A stretch of 64,000 nt of DNA from Octopus sinensis (taxonomy: Eukaryota), in NCBI RefSeq assembly GCF_006345805.1, contig NC_042997.1, forward strand, positions 212,474,001 to 212,538,000, written 5' to 3'. Below the pieces are notes generated by a model. That model made no database searches. It was not told the DNA's origin and saw nothing but the letters and a program-made list of their open reading frames with translations. The position numbers were made by a program, and so were the translations under genes. Positions 1 to 11,342 of this stretch are shown piece by piece. Numbering within the stretch: the stretch's first letter is position 1; every line of letters begins with the position of its first letter.

Positions 1-52
1 TGAGGGCCAGTTGGGTGATACTGGCATCAGCCATAACAATGATTTCTATGTT

Positions 53-84
<32 letters not shown>

Positions 85-104
85 CATACATATATACATA
101 CAAA

Positions 105-147
<43 letters not shown>

Positions 148-282
148 ATTAATAAAAGGAATTCCAACCTTGTCTGATTTTCACCTTTTATTTACAATCT
201 TATAATGATATATTATAAGACAATATAATATAATAGAATAAAATAAAATAAAATAGTAGAATGTTAAATGTTCATTTTGATT

Positions 283-325
283 GAACTAGTACTTTCATGC
301 ATTAAATTCTGCAATCTTCAGGTTC
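283..325 (-). ncRNA. Minimal type-I hammerhead ribozyme motif
   Basis: Minus strand GAAC-CUGAAGA-U UGCA gaauuuaa UGCA U-GAAAG UA CUA|GUUC: stem I GAAC/GUUC, canonical core, palindromic stem III AGUACU. Lies downstream of the GIY-YIG ORF on the same strand. Confidence 0.75.
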
Positions 326-390
326 CTGTAGTAGTGGTGACAGTCATGCTTCACAAGTTTTGACTGTAGCAAGATGATTGAATTTGTGCC

Positions 391-503
391 TTAAATACAG
401 CTGTGTAGGCTCCAGATTGCTAGGTTTTGCAAACTGTATTCTGACCAATCAGTGTGTAGTATCACTCAATTACTTAAGCTGATTGGTTGGTTGAGCTGAT
501 TGG
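391..503 (-). promoter_or_regulatory. Candidate Pol II promoter in the PLE terminal repeat (CCAAT boxes plus TATA-like box)
   Basis: On the minus strand: CCAAT at 503-499 and 486-482 (AACCAATCAG context), an inverted CCAAT at 445-449, and TATTTAA at 397-391, about 70 nt upstream of the hammerhead at 325-283. Confidence 0.45.
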
Positions 504-749
504 TTTAGGTGTCACGCTTTGTTGGACATGTCAAGAGTCCTGTATCTTAACCCTGGCCGAAGCAGCAATTGTTGGGCTATTTTTAGAAATGTTGTAAATA
601 GCCTTTGTCAGAGATTTTTATATTTTTATATTTCAATTGTCATCATCATCGTTGTCAGCACCTTAATTATTGTTGCTAGTGGTGATGGTGGTGACAATAG
701 AACTTTTAACCCTAAATAAGATAATTTTCCTGCTATCTAAGTATTATTA

Positions 750-1040
750 TTATTGCTTATTTAGCTTGGGTTCGAATTTATCAATAAAATTCTTTTCTCT
801 GATTTTCCTCTCAATTTCACTTGGGCTTTGTAATTTGTAGAATGGAAATATTATATATATTTTCTGACCACATGTTGCTAGGTGGTTACTCAAAGGTATC
901 TGACGGACCTCTGGGTCTCTAATCTGTTCTCGGTGTACACGTGAGCGTTCTGATAGTGCGTTTCCCGTCTGACCTACATATATTTCTTCACAATATGGGC
1001 ATTTGATGCAGTAAATTAAATATCTGATTTTGCAGTTCAT
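750..1040 (-). mobile_element. Penelope-like element, 5'-truncated GIY-YIG endonuclease fragment
   Basis: ORF reads RYLIYCIKCPYCEEIYVGQTGNALSER..H...IERKIREKNFIDKFEPKLN: IY/YVG motifs, CxxC, and conserved R, H, E, N of the PLE GIY-YIG domain. The unit (about 205-1150) is flanked by (TA)n runs. Confidence 0.9.
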
Positions 1041-1152
1041 ATTCGCGCTAATGATCTAAGTGATATGATATATATGTAAAAAATGTAATATATAAATAAA
1101 TATCTGTAAATATAAACCATCCGATCTTCTGATTACCTCATTTCTTCTAATT

Positions 1153-1186
<34 letters not shown>

Positions 1187-1236
1187 ATATACATACATAT
1201 ATATATGTGTATATATATATATATATATATAGAATC

Positions 1237-1982
1237 ATCATCATCATCATCATTTAGCGTCCGCTTTCCATGCTAGCATGGGTTGGATGGTTCAACTTGG
1301 GTCTGTGAAGCCAGAAAGCTGCATCAGGCCCAGTCTGATCTGGCAGTGTTTCTACAGCTGGATGCCCTTCCTAACGCCAACCACTCCGTGAGTGTAGTGG
1401 GTGCTTTTTACGTGCCACCTGCACAGGTGCCAGACGGAGCTGGCAAACGGCCACGAACGGATGGTGCTTTTACGTACAACCGGTATGGGGGCCAGGCGAG
1501 GCTGGCAACGGACACGAACGGATGGTGTTTTTACGTGCCACCGGCACGGAGGCCAGTCGGGGTGGCGCTGGCAACTGCCACGATCGGATGGTTCGCTTAA
1601 CCACAGCTGCAATTTCCATTGAAGTTGATCGACTTCGATTTTGGTTCTGCTTTCTGATATCTGATTTGATTTGGTTTGATTTTGATTTGATTTGATCTTC
1701 ACTTATCTCAACGGGTCTTCACAAGTGGAGTTTTGTGTCCCAAGAAGGAAAGGTATGTAGGCCACAGGTTATGTTCTCACTGGTCTTGCCGGGTCTTCTC
1801 ACACACAGCATACTTCCATAGGTCTCAGTCCCTAGTCATTTCCTTGGTGAGACCTAAAGTTCGAAGGTCGTGCTTCACCACCTCGTCCCAGGTTTTCCTG
1901 GGTCTACCTCTTCCACAGGTTCCCTCAACTGCTAGGGTGTGGCACTTTCGCACACAACTATCTTCAGCCATTCTTGTCACAT
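1237..1982 (-). mobile_element. RTE 3' fragment with four hairpin-repeat units
   Basis: (CAT)n tail at about 1237-1252, terminal motif, repeated cgtgccac...ggcac units and C-terminal ORF remnant RGRPRKTWDEVVKHDL. Confidence 0.88.
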
Positions 1983-2300
1983 GAATATTAGAAAAAAACC
2001 CACCTTTTATCAATTCAAAATGAATAGTTAAATTACACCATCTAGAAAATTACATATAATAGAAAAGTTAAAATTAAAATAACAATAAAAAGTAAAGATT
2101 AAGTAAATTACAAGAATAATGTAATGTATAAATTAGGTTTTTCTACCTATTTTATACATTACATTATTCTTGTAATTTACTTAATCTTTACTTTTTAATT
2201 GTTATTTTAATTTTAACTTTTCTATTATATGTAATTTTCTAGATGGTGTAATTTAACTATTCATTTTGAATTGATAAAAGGTGGTTTTTTACTAATATTC
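1983..2300. repeat. Near-perfect fold-back inverted repeat, arms of about 150 bp
   Basis: gaatattag...tataaattaggt (1983-2138), loop ttttct, then accta...ctaatattc (2145-2300). It abuts the truncation point of an RTE fragment and is followed by (TA)n. Confidence 0.92.
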
Positions 2301-3169
2301 TATATATATTATATTGTGTGGAATTTGATTTAGTATTTTTTAATTGAACTCTTTTTCCTTGTAAGTTTGGATTTTATTCCCTCAAATAATTATATATATA
2401 TATAAGATCATTATTTAAATATCAATCTTATCAAGTGGCCAGCATGATACGCGCATATATATGTATGTATACGTTCATATATGTAAGTATTCGTATGTTA
2501 TATATATATATATATATATATTTGTATTTATGTGCTATCTGAGTATATTCCACTGATGAAGACAGAGCATTTCTTATGCAGATCCAGAAGTCCGGGATCT
2601 GGAATTATCCAGTAATTTTTTGCTAGTTTATTTTGTCTTTTTGTTTTCTCTCCTGGTGCCGTATGAACATTTAATGGGGTTTTAGAGTCAAGTTTCGGCT
2701 GCTATTTCCAGCGTGGTGGTATCTCTTAGATACCCTAAATTATAATTTTATATATGAGGAAAGTGAAATCAAATTCGATGACTGGCATCCGTGCTACTGG
2801 AGCACTAAGAGCACCATTCGAGCATGATTGTTGCCAGTGTCACCTTACTAGCACTTATGCCAGTGGCACATGAAAAAAACATTTGAGCGAGGTCATTGCC
2901 AGTGCTGCTAGACTGGCTCCTTTGCAGGTGGCACATAAAAAATACCTTTTGAGTGTGGCCGTTGCCAGTACTGCCTGGCTGGCCCTCATGCTGGTGGCAC
3001 GTAAAAGTACCCACTACACTCTCTGGCTGGCGTTAGGAAGGGTATCCAGCTGTAGAAACTCTGCCAGATCAGATTGGAGCCTGGTGCAGCCACCTGGTTC
3101 GCCAGTCCTCAGTCAAATCATCCAACCCATACTGGCATAGAAAGCGGACGTTAAACGATGATGATGATA

Positions 3170-3283
3170 TGTATGTATGTGTGTGTATATATCTATATAT
3201 TTATGTATGTGTGTGTATATATCTCTGTATGTATGTGTATATATATCTATATGTATGTGTGTGTGTATATATGTATGTATGAA

Positions 3284-3314
<31 letters not shown>

Positions 3315-3790
3315 TTTATATGTATGTATGGATGTGTGTGTGTGTATATATATATATGGATGTGTGTGTGTGTATATATATATATGTATGAATGTGTGTG
3401 TATATATATCTATGTATGTATGTGTGTGTATGTATATCTATGTATGTATGAATGTGTATATATCTATATATGTATGTATGTTTGTGTATATATCTATATA
3501 TGTATGTATGTTTGTGTATATATATCTATGTATGTATGTATGTCCATGCATATATGTATGTATGTTTGTGTATATATATCTATGTATGTATGTATGTCCA
3601 TGCATATATCTATGTATGTGTGTGTATATGTATCTATATATGTATGTATGTCCGTGCATATGTCTATGTATGTATGTGTGGATATATCTATATGTATGTA
3701 TTATGTATGTGTGTATGTATATATCCCTATATGTATGTATGTATCTATGTGCGTGTGTATATATATATATATATGTATTATATAATATAT
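3170..3790. repeat. Compound (TA/TG/TATG) microsatellite
   Basis: Source of the spurious YV/CM-rich ORFs in the track. Confidence 0.95.
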
Positions 3791-3869
3791 TGTTATAATA
3801 ATTTTTTACGTAATAAGATAAAAAACCAAGGCTGTACTGTATAGATATTAGAGCATTTATAGATAGAAG

Positions 3870-3924
3870 GTCTTACAGCTGTTTCTAGGATATTAATTAA
3901 TAATAATATCCCTTCCTCGGAGAC
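3870..3924 (-). ncRNA. Mirror-copy hammerhead motif (CCGAGGA core) in the left arm of the fold-back
   Basis: Reverse complement of 3986-4041, with core CCGAGGA, GAAAC-AGCU-GUA and stem I GUCU/AGAC. Confidence 0.68.
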
Positions 3925-3985
3925 GGTGTGAGAGGAAAAATTAAGTCATGGTTAGTTTCGGTGACTTAATTTTTCCTCTCACACC

Positions 3986-4041
3986 GTCTCCGATGAAGGG
4001 ATGATATTAATTAAATAATATCCTAGAAACAGCTGTAAGAC
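3986..4041 (+). ncRNA. Minimal hammerhead motif, CCGAUGA core variant
   Basis: GUCU-CCGAUGA-AGG..GAUAUU/AAUAUCCU-A-GAAAC-AGCU-GUA|AGAC: stem I GUCU/AGAC, palindromic loop III AGCU, GUA triplet. Confidence 0.72.
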
Positions 4042-4200
4042 CTTCTATCTATAAATGTTCTAATATCTATACAGCCTTGGTTTTTTATCTTATTACGCAA
4101 AAAATTCTTATATACACACATGCTGACACATTTGGGTCTCAATAACACCATTATCTCTTATTATATATTTTTATGTTATTAATACAAATTTCCCATTTTA

Positions 4201-4292
4201 TATCTCTGAGGGGCAGAAGAGTTGTCTGTAAATGCTTATCAATATAGGATTTCATTATAGGGACAACATTTCTGCGAAACAATTGTAAGATG
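4201..4292 (+). ncRNA. Type-I hammerhead motif with long stem II
   Basis: UAUCU-CUGAGGG-GCAGAA..GUUGUC...GACAAC..UUCUGC-GAAAC-AAUU-GUA|AGAUG: stem I AUCU/AGAU, palindromic AAUU loop III, one core deviation (A9G). Confidence 0.7.
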
Positions 4293-4901
4293 CTTTAAAA
4301 ACTTGATTCGAAACTGTCATATTTATTATTATATATTTATACTTATACATATTTACATGTATTTATATTTTTAATATAACAATTATTCTACACACGTATA
4401 TATCTTTCTGAAGAATTTTCTGATATTGATTTCCTAATATCAATAATAATATATTATTAATATATATATATAATCACTCGTATTAAATACATAAATACTT
4501 TAATAGTATTAATACTTTGATACAATAGAGCACTCAATATAAATTCAGTGTAGAATATTCTCACTGAATATATTTAACTAAAGATTTACATGTATGTATA
4601 TATATATATATCTATATCATCATCATTTAGCATCCGTTTTCCATGCTAGCATGGGTTGGACGGTTCAACTGGGGTCTGGGAAGCCAGAAGGCTGCATCAG
4701 GCCCAGTCTGATCTGGCAGAGTTTCTACGGCTGGATGCCCTTCCTAACGCCAACCACTCTGTTAGTGTAGGTGCTTTTTACGTGCCAGATGGGGCTGGCA
4801 AACGGCCATGGACGGATGGTGCTTTTTATGTACAACCGGCATGGGGGCCAGGCGAGGCTGGCAATGGCCACGATCGGATGGTGCGCTGCTAAGATATCAC
4901 A

Positions 4902-4947
4902 AAAACTGTTACTCAGACTTTCCTGTTCCCTTTTGTTGGACAGTTTT
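4902..4947 (-). ncRNA. Decayed hammerhead motif, same family as 6727-6772
   Basis: AAAACUGU-ccaacaa-..-ggaaag-ucuga-GUA|ACAGUUUU: stem I intact, core mutated. Confidence 0.35.
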
Positions 4948-5443
4948 GGTATGTAAATAATATATATATATTTACGCATGTGTGCAAAGAGCCATGCTAC
5001 ATGGTAGTGAAACATGGGCCATGACTGCAGAGGACATGCATAAGCCTGCAAGGAATGAAGCTAGTAGGCACCGCTGGATGTGTAATGCCAGTGTGCATAT
5101 ACAAGAGTGTGTAAGTACCTTGAGAAAAATGTTGGACATAAGAAACATCAGATGTGGTCTGCAAGTGAGACGTCTGCATTGGTATTGTCATGTGTTGCAT
5201 ATGGATGAGCCTCAATCTGGAATGTCTGTCTACTGCCTCACCCCTACCCCTAACAGATACTGCCCTCTGTTCTCTCAGCCTTAGATATACAAGGGATTTG
5301 ATAGACTAGTCTATAAATTAAAACTGACTCCATAAAGACAAAAAATCAGTGACAGGCAGAGTTTTCTTGATAATTTTAGTAACTTCTATGCTGAAGTAGA
5401 GAGACAACATGTTTTTTGTCTATCTCCTTAACTTCTTGGAGAT

Positions 5444-6180
5444 TTAACCCTTTCCATACCAAACCGCCCAAAAAAAATTTTGGTTAATGTGACCAAAGCC
5501 GCCCAAATTTACCTGTTCATATTTAAATGAGAATATCAGAGCAAATCTCTTTAGTACATTCGTGAAAACACATATAATACTTCTTAAAGAGTTCAACTAC
5601 AGTTTTGTACAAAAATCGAAGTGTAATTTTAATTCCGTGAATTTTGGGAGATTTTTTTCCGAAATTTGTTCCTATTGTGTTTTCAAAATTTGTAATTCTG
5701 ACAAAAAATGGATACGAATTTCATTATATCAAGCAGCGAGTCAGAGTTCGAAGGATTTTCTACTGAAGACCTTCATAAATATAACTCTATGACTGAAAAA
5801 AAAAGCATGTGGTATTTGATAATGAATCTGATGTTTCATTTTCCGAAAGTGAAAACAGTGAATCCGAGAACTCCGACAGCGATAAAGAAAATGAATTGGC
5901 ACCTGAATGGAGTGAAAATTTAAAAACTGTTTCTTTCGGTGATTTTTCTGAAGAAACTGGACCAAGCCACAGACTTTCCCAGGAGAGTAAAGCCTTAGAC
6001 TATTTCTTTTTACTTTTTCGAATGAGCCTGTTTGAAATCATTTCGGCGGAAACGAACCATTACGCTAAATGTAAACAAAACGAGAGAAAGGATAGTTTGT
6101 CGTTTCCCACAACCTTAAATGAAATTAAGACTATTTTGCCATAAATATTATTATGGGTATCAGAAGTTACCCAGAATAAC
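5444..6180 (+). mobile_element. piggyBac-like DNA transposon 5' remnant (frameshifted transposase N-terminus)
   Basis: TTAA (5444-5447) followed by CCCTTTCCATACC terminus; acidic Ser-rich N-terminus then FSEETGPS...ALDYFFLLF...ISAETNHYAK...TLNEIK..L..NIIMG, typical of PGBD-type transposases. No right TIR found. Confidence 0.8.
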
Positions 6181-6579
6181 ATATTCTATCGTAAAATTTT
6201 GTTGTATACCCAATTGAATATTAGCTAATAACCCATTTTCTATAGCGATGTTTGAACAAAATTTAATAATTTTATATATTGTTGAATTTACCTGTATCTA
6301 CCTGCATTAGAGTCACTTTGTGACAAAAATTATAGTATAGAATTGGTTGAGAACATTTCCTCTGGATATCCTTGTTACTTATTTTTATTTTAATCACCTT
6401 ACTTTGAAATTGTATGGATGATACCATACTAAATTTTGGTGCCTCAACTCAAGTACCATATTCATCTGAATCTAAATTTTTACTTACACACACACACATG
6501 TGGAGCCCTGGTCATCTGTTACAGCACTTAACCAGCATACCTGGTTGTTTAGGTCACCTATGAACTAAACCCCCATATC

Positions 6580-6628
<49 letters not shown>

Positions 6629-6697
6629 AGAGTAAGCACATAAATGCGAAACAAGGTGGAAAAAATAGTACTCGAATACCAGAGGTAGAGTAATATG

Positions 6698-6862
6698 CTT
6701 TATTAATAAGCAGCCAAAATATCACAAAAACTTTTACTCAGAGTTTCACGTACCCATTCGTCGGACAGTTTTGTTTAGAATCTAAGCAAAACTGTTTGAC
6801 AAATGGGAATTTGAAACCCTGAGTAACAGTTTTTGTGATACTTTTGCTGCTTTTTAATAAAG
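6698..6862. repeat. Fold-back inverted repeat, arms of about 82 bp, with hammerhead motifs
   Basis: ctttattaataagcagc...gttttgtttaga and tctaagcaaaac...gctgctttttaataaag are reverse complements centred near 6779-6780; flanked by (TA)n and (TG)n. Confidence 0.88.
6727..6772 (-). ncRNA. Minimal hammerhead motif, CCGACGA core variant
   Basis: AAAACUGU-CCGACGA-AUG GGUA CGU-GAAAC-UCUGA-GUA|AAAGUUUU; stem I has one mismatch. The opposite arm (6788-6833, +) has a perfect stem I but core UUGACAA. Confidence 0.6.
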
Positions 6863-7078
6863 TGTGTGTGTGTACATATATATATATATATATACTCTTT
6901 ACTCTTTTCAGTCATTTGACTGCGGCCAAGCTAGAGCACCGCCTTTAGTCGAGCAAATTAACCCCAGGACTTATTAAGCCTTGTACTTATTCTATCGGTC
7001 TTTTTAGCCGAACCGCTAAGTTATGGGGACATAAACACACCAGCATCAGTTAAGTGATGTTGGGGGCACAAACATACG

Positions 7079-7109
<31 letters not shown>

Positions 7110-8803
7110 GATGGACTTCTTTCAGTTTCCATCTACCAAATCCACTCACAAGACTTTGGTCAGCCCGAGGTTACAGTAGAAGCCTGAACCCGGAACCATG
7201 TGGTTGGTAAGCAAGCTACTTACCACACAGACACCCATATACACACACACGGATGTGTGTCTGTGTTCGTTTTCCTCGTGTTCACTGGTTTGTAAGCTCC
7301 AATGACATTAGCTTCCTGCTAATGACATTTCTTTGCAGTCCTCCATGAAAGGATATCCAAGCTTTCTGTCATGGTGTAACATGTGGCACAGTCTGTTAAC
7401 AAAAGACTGCTTAAACAGTGTTTTTTGTATCCAGTTCATGCCTGAAGCATGTTTGCATTGTTCAGAAGAATTGGAGAGTATTATGTTTGTTCGTTCACTG
7501 CCATTCCCTCTGGTGTTCAAAAATTCCTCTTAACTCATTCTGTTAGTGTTGTCTTGCTCTGCTTGTTTTTAGTTTTTGAACATCTCTAGAGGTAGGTTTC
7601 CCTACTAACGGTTAGAAAATGTCAATTCATTGAAGATTTTTCAGTTTACTCCCCATGCGACGGCCTACAATATTTCAAAGAACTTCTGCTTTGGTGTACT
7701 TTTTCTTTTTCAATTTTGGTGGATGCCATCTCAAAACCATTCTGTAGAACTTCAAAGGAATGTCTTTAAAATTGTCATAGTACAATGTCTTTAAATAATT
7801 TCATTGCCAACTGTGAAAGAGAAAATAATGTGATACCATTTGGAATCTATATCTGATTTCAGTTTGGCAATCAAATTATCAAAATTCTGTAGAATAACTG
7901 AAAGAGAAGAGAAGACATCTTAGCTTGCCATTCCAGCCAATTTTTTTCTTTCTCTTTTCTCATAAATGTCATCATACCAACTGATCTTTTTGTGTTTTTG
8001 ATTTCTGATATGTTTAACACACAACTAGTTATTGCATATTTTATGTTTTGCACTTCACCATTTGTAAATACAGATTTCTTGCTGACACAGAATAATCATA
8101 TTTGATCGTCAACAAAGTGATTAACGTGGATAACACCAGCTGTAGCTGCTTTAATTAGATTTTCATACAACCGCCAACTTAGATTTCATTCACACATCTC
8201 GCAGTTAGATTCACATCAGTAAAATAATATAGAAGCTTCAACCGTTGGACTGTGGCAATACTGGGGCGGCATCAACATCAATTATTATTATTATTATTAC
8301 TATTTAGGCGGTGAGCTGACAGAATCATCAGCATACTGGGCAAAATGCTTAGCAGTATTTCGCCTATTTCTGCATTCTGAGTTCAAATTCTGCTGAGGTC
8401 GACTTTGCCTTTCATCCTTTTGGGGTTGATAAATTAAGTACCAGTTGAACGCTGGGGTTAATCTAATTGACCCAGCCCCTCCCCCAAAATGGCTGCCCTT
8501 GAGGTAAAATTTGAAACTATTATTATCATTATTATTATAACAAAGGTAATATACCACTGAGGAGACCTGTATGAGATTTCATAGAATTAACAATTAAATT
8601 TATCTCCAATTACAAGCTTCCATCTTGAAACAAAAATGCAATATTTTGAATAATACAGTCCAAAATATGGTTGAAATGCCTTTGGTCATGTGATCAGTCA
8701 GGCTTGACCTGGGCCAAAACTATGATATAACATTTGAATCCATTACAAATAATGATTTATGTTGTATATTTATCCCCTTTTCTAAAATTTTTTTTCTGCG
8801 CAG

Positions 8804-9007
8804 GTAAAGAAAGATCTTGAAGTTCGTGCCCAAAGAAGAACAAACATGCTCTCATGGCTTGGACTAGGCATGATGGGATTGCAATTTGGAATTCTTGCTC
8901 GGCTCACTTGGTGGGAATATTCTTGGGATATCATGGAACCTGTAACTTATTTTGTTACCTATGGAACCACAATGGCCATGTATGCTTATTTTGTTGTTAC
9001 TAAACAG
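8804..9007 (+). CDS. MCU: Mitochondrial calcium uniporter, internal coding exon (TM1-pore loop-TM2), 68 codons
   Basis: Polypyrimidine tract plus CAG acceptor at 8801-8803; reads [68 protein letters not shown]; GT donor at 9008. WDIMEP is the MCU selectivity-filter signature. Confidence 0.97.
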
Positions 9008-9082
9008 GTAAAAATTATTCATACATTTTAAACAAGAGTTATTTTCTGAGAATATTCACCCCCATCCCAAAAACGTCCTGTA

Positions 9083-9136
<54 letters not shown>

Positions 9137-9142
<6 letters not shown>

Positions 9143-9322
9143 TATAACAATAAGGGTTTAGCAACAAGTTGCTTGACCACATACCGAAAAGTGACAAATA
9201 TTGTTGTCTGTGGAGACATATTTTTGTAGAAAAAGGAAATAGTAGTCTTTTGGCTGCTATTTCTAAACTTTTTGGTATGTGGTCAAGCAACTTGTTGCAA
9301 AACTATTATTGTTATAATTATA
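9137..9322. repeat. Inverted repeat, arms of about 54 bp around a ~76-bp spacer, (TA)n-flanked
   Basis: tataattataacaataag...cacataccgaaaag (9137-9191) matches the reverse complement of ctttttggtatgtgg...ttgttataattata (9268-9322); about 130 nt downstream of the MCU exon donor. Confidence 0.85.
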
Positions 9323-10369
9323 TATAAAAAAAACTTTGTGTATAAGTTTTTACCGAATATGGTCCTTTTCCATACCGAAAAACTACTAGGTGTAATTTGT
9401 TAATTTTATTAAATTAATAATTTTTCACCCTATATCTGTAATGATATATATATATATATATATGTCTATTTTGTAGACCTATGAGAAGATCATTAATAGA
9501 ATTTCTGAAACACTCTCAAGATGCTTACATGCTTATAGACTTTTGCATAATGCAGTAGGAATGAATTTTAGTAACTGTTAACGAAGTTAATAATTTACCT
9601 TAAGATATGGATGAATTAAACTTCACTCTAGCCTCTCCATTCTTATAAACACTAAGTAGCTATTTAATTCACTGTGTGAACGTATGTGTGCCAAGCCACA
9701 CGTGTGCGTATGCTTATATCTTAATTCCACCGAGGTCGACTTTGCCTTTCATCCTTTCGGGGTCGATAAATAAAGTACCAGTTTCGCACTGGGGGCCATA
9801 TAATCGACTCAATCCCTTCGTCTGTCCTTGTTTGTCCCCTCTATGTTTAGCCCCTTGTGGGCAGTAAAGAAATATATATCTTTCTGGATGTTTGTACGAG
9901 TGAGTGTGCATGCACCAAACAACCTAAGCGAGGGCATTTATACATCCACATCCGTTAAGTTAGATTTAACATTTCTTTCGCTGTATTGTGCATTCGTCAC
10001 TTCTGGCATCTAACATTTTTTTATTGATCTTCTATAAAAATGAAGATGCATCCATTAATTTGCTGCTTTTCTATACACAAATCGTGAAGATATCTTTTAG
10101 AACGATCATTATTTTAATGAGATACATCTTATTATCACTTGAAGAGGCACATCTACACTGATGGATACTCCTAAAACAGTTGTTAATTATCCCATCCGTG
10201 AGGGATTGATGCTAGATGGGTTGAAACAATTGTAGTGATTAAGAAACAGTTTCATATCTTCCATCTTCTGTCTCCCTCATTAATCAAATATATATAATAC
10301 CACATATATAAACTAGTTCTTGCCATCTATAATGGTTTGTCCATCTTCTGTGCGTGTGTGTATATGTGT

Positions 10370-10935
10370 CATCATCGTTTAGCGTCCACTTTCCATGCTA
10401 TCATGGGTTGGACAGTTCAACTGGGGTCTGGGAAGCCAGAAGGCTGCACCAGGCCCAGTCTGATCTGGCAATGTTTCTATGGCTGGATGCCCTTCCTAAC
10501 ACCAACCATTCCATGAGTGTAATGGGTGCTTTTACATGCCAGACAAGGCTGGCAAACAGCCACGATCGGATGGTGCTTTTTACGTGCCACTGGCACGGAG
10601 GCCAGGCGAGGCTGGCAACAGCCACATTCGGATGGTGCTTTTTATGTGCCACCGGCACAAGGCCAGTCGAGGCAGCGCTGGCAACGGCCACATTCGGATG
10701 GTTTTCTTACGTACCACCAGCACTGGTATCACAGCTGCAATTTCCATTGATGTTGATCGATTTTGATTTTCACTTGCCTCAACTGGTCTTCACAAGCAGA
10801 GTTTTGTGTCCCAAGAAGGAAAGGTATGCATAAGTGAACTGGCTACATCCCAGGTAGAGGCCACGGGTTATGGTCTCACTTGTCCTGCCGAGTCTTCTCA
10901 CGCACAGCATACTTCCAAAGGTCTCGGTCTCTAGT
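10370..10935 (-). mobile_element. RTE 3' UTR fragment in the last MCU intron
   Basis: Same terminal motif and hairpin units; further short copies at about 2780-3165(+), 4620-4885(-), 12075-12430(-), 12960-13200(-), 26480-26780(+), 38100-38760(-), 41110-41260(-), 49070-49400(-) and 61890-62246(+). Confidence 0.85.
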
Positions 10936-11026
10936 AATTTCCTCGAGAGTGAAAACACACACACACACACATATATATATATACATGAACTCACACAATG
11001 ATATAAATATCTGTGAGGGCCTTATG

Positions 11027-11076
11027 TGTTAGTATATATCAACTCTTACTCAGATAAGAGTTGATATACACTAACA
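11027..11076. repeat. 22-bp-arm hairpin
   Basis: tgttagtatatatcaactctta-ctcaga-taagagttgatatacactaaca, one mismatch. Confidence 0.8.
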
Positions 11077-11342
11077 GCAGAGTTCCTACAAAGAACACAA
11101 AGTTGTCGTATTTGGTAAAGAAAGTCAGCCACACTGTATGGAATATATTTTCGTATAATCATTGAAACATTGCTGGTAGGCTGATGCTGCTGCTGCCTAA
11201 ATACACTTCTGTAAACTTCATCCAACAGTCACTCTCAAATTTCTCAATCCAATACTTCTAATTATATTCAAAGTTGAATTTTTTCCTTAAAAATCTGATT
11301 TCGGTTTATCCGTATGTCCTTATCCCCATGCAACTGTCATGT

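Larger units (their letters stand above)
3800..4106. repeat. Fold-back inverted repeat, arms of about 147 bp, with a hammerhead motif in each arm (PLE-type inverted terminal repeat)
   Basis: Arms 3800-3948 and 3962-4106 are reverse complements with few mismatches; 13-nt loop; flanked by TA-rich microsatellites. Confidence 0.93.

Noticed and set aside
1400-1600. Repeat/spacer-like array suggestive of CRISPR
   Set aside because: Eukaryotic context, no cas genes, spacers are homologous to each other, and the array is part of the RTE 3' UTR.
2550-2620. CTGATGA followed by AGAC...GCAT/ATGC
   Set aside because: No GAAA or NUH half downstream; at most a truncated hammerhead.
3158-3844. Long ORFs rich in YV/CM/HTYI (also 25288-25783, 58113-58875, 60886-61242)
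   Set aside because: Translations of TA/TG/TACA microsatellites; no splice or domain support.
4407-4450. CTGAAGA with a nearby hairpin (similar lone cores near 13789, 27638 and 47513)
   Set aside because: No GAAA or stem I partner; chance or truncated matches.
7260-8220. Coding-like minus-strand stretch with short ORFs
   Set aside because: Many stops and frameshifts and no motif I can identify; possibly an old transposase. Needs a translated homology search.
1-8803. Search for the preceding MCU exon (coiled coil ending near ...PLEK)
   Set aside because: No matching exon found by eye; it probably lies upstream of the window, so the intronic status of this region is inferred, not shown.
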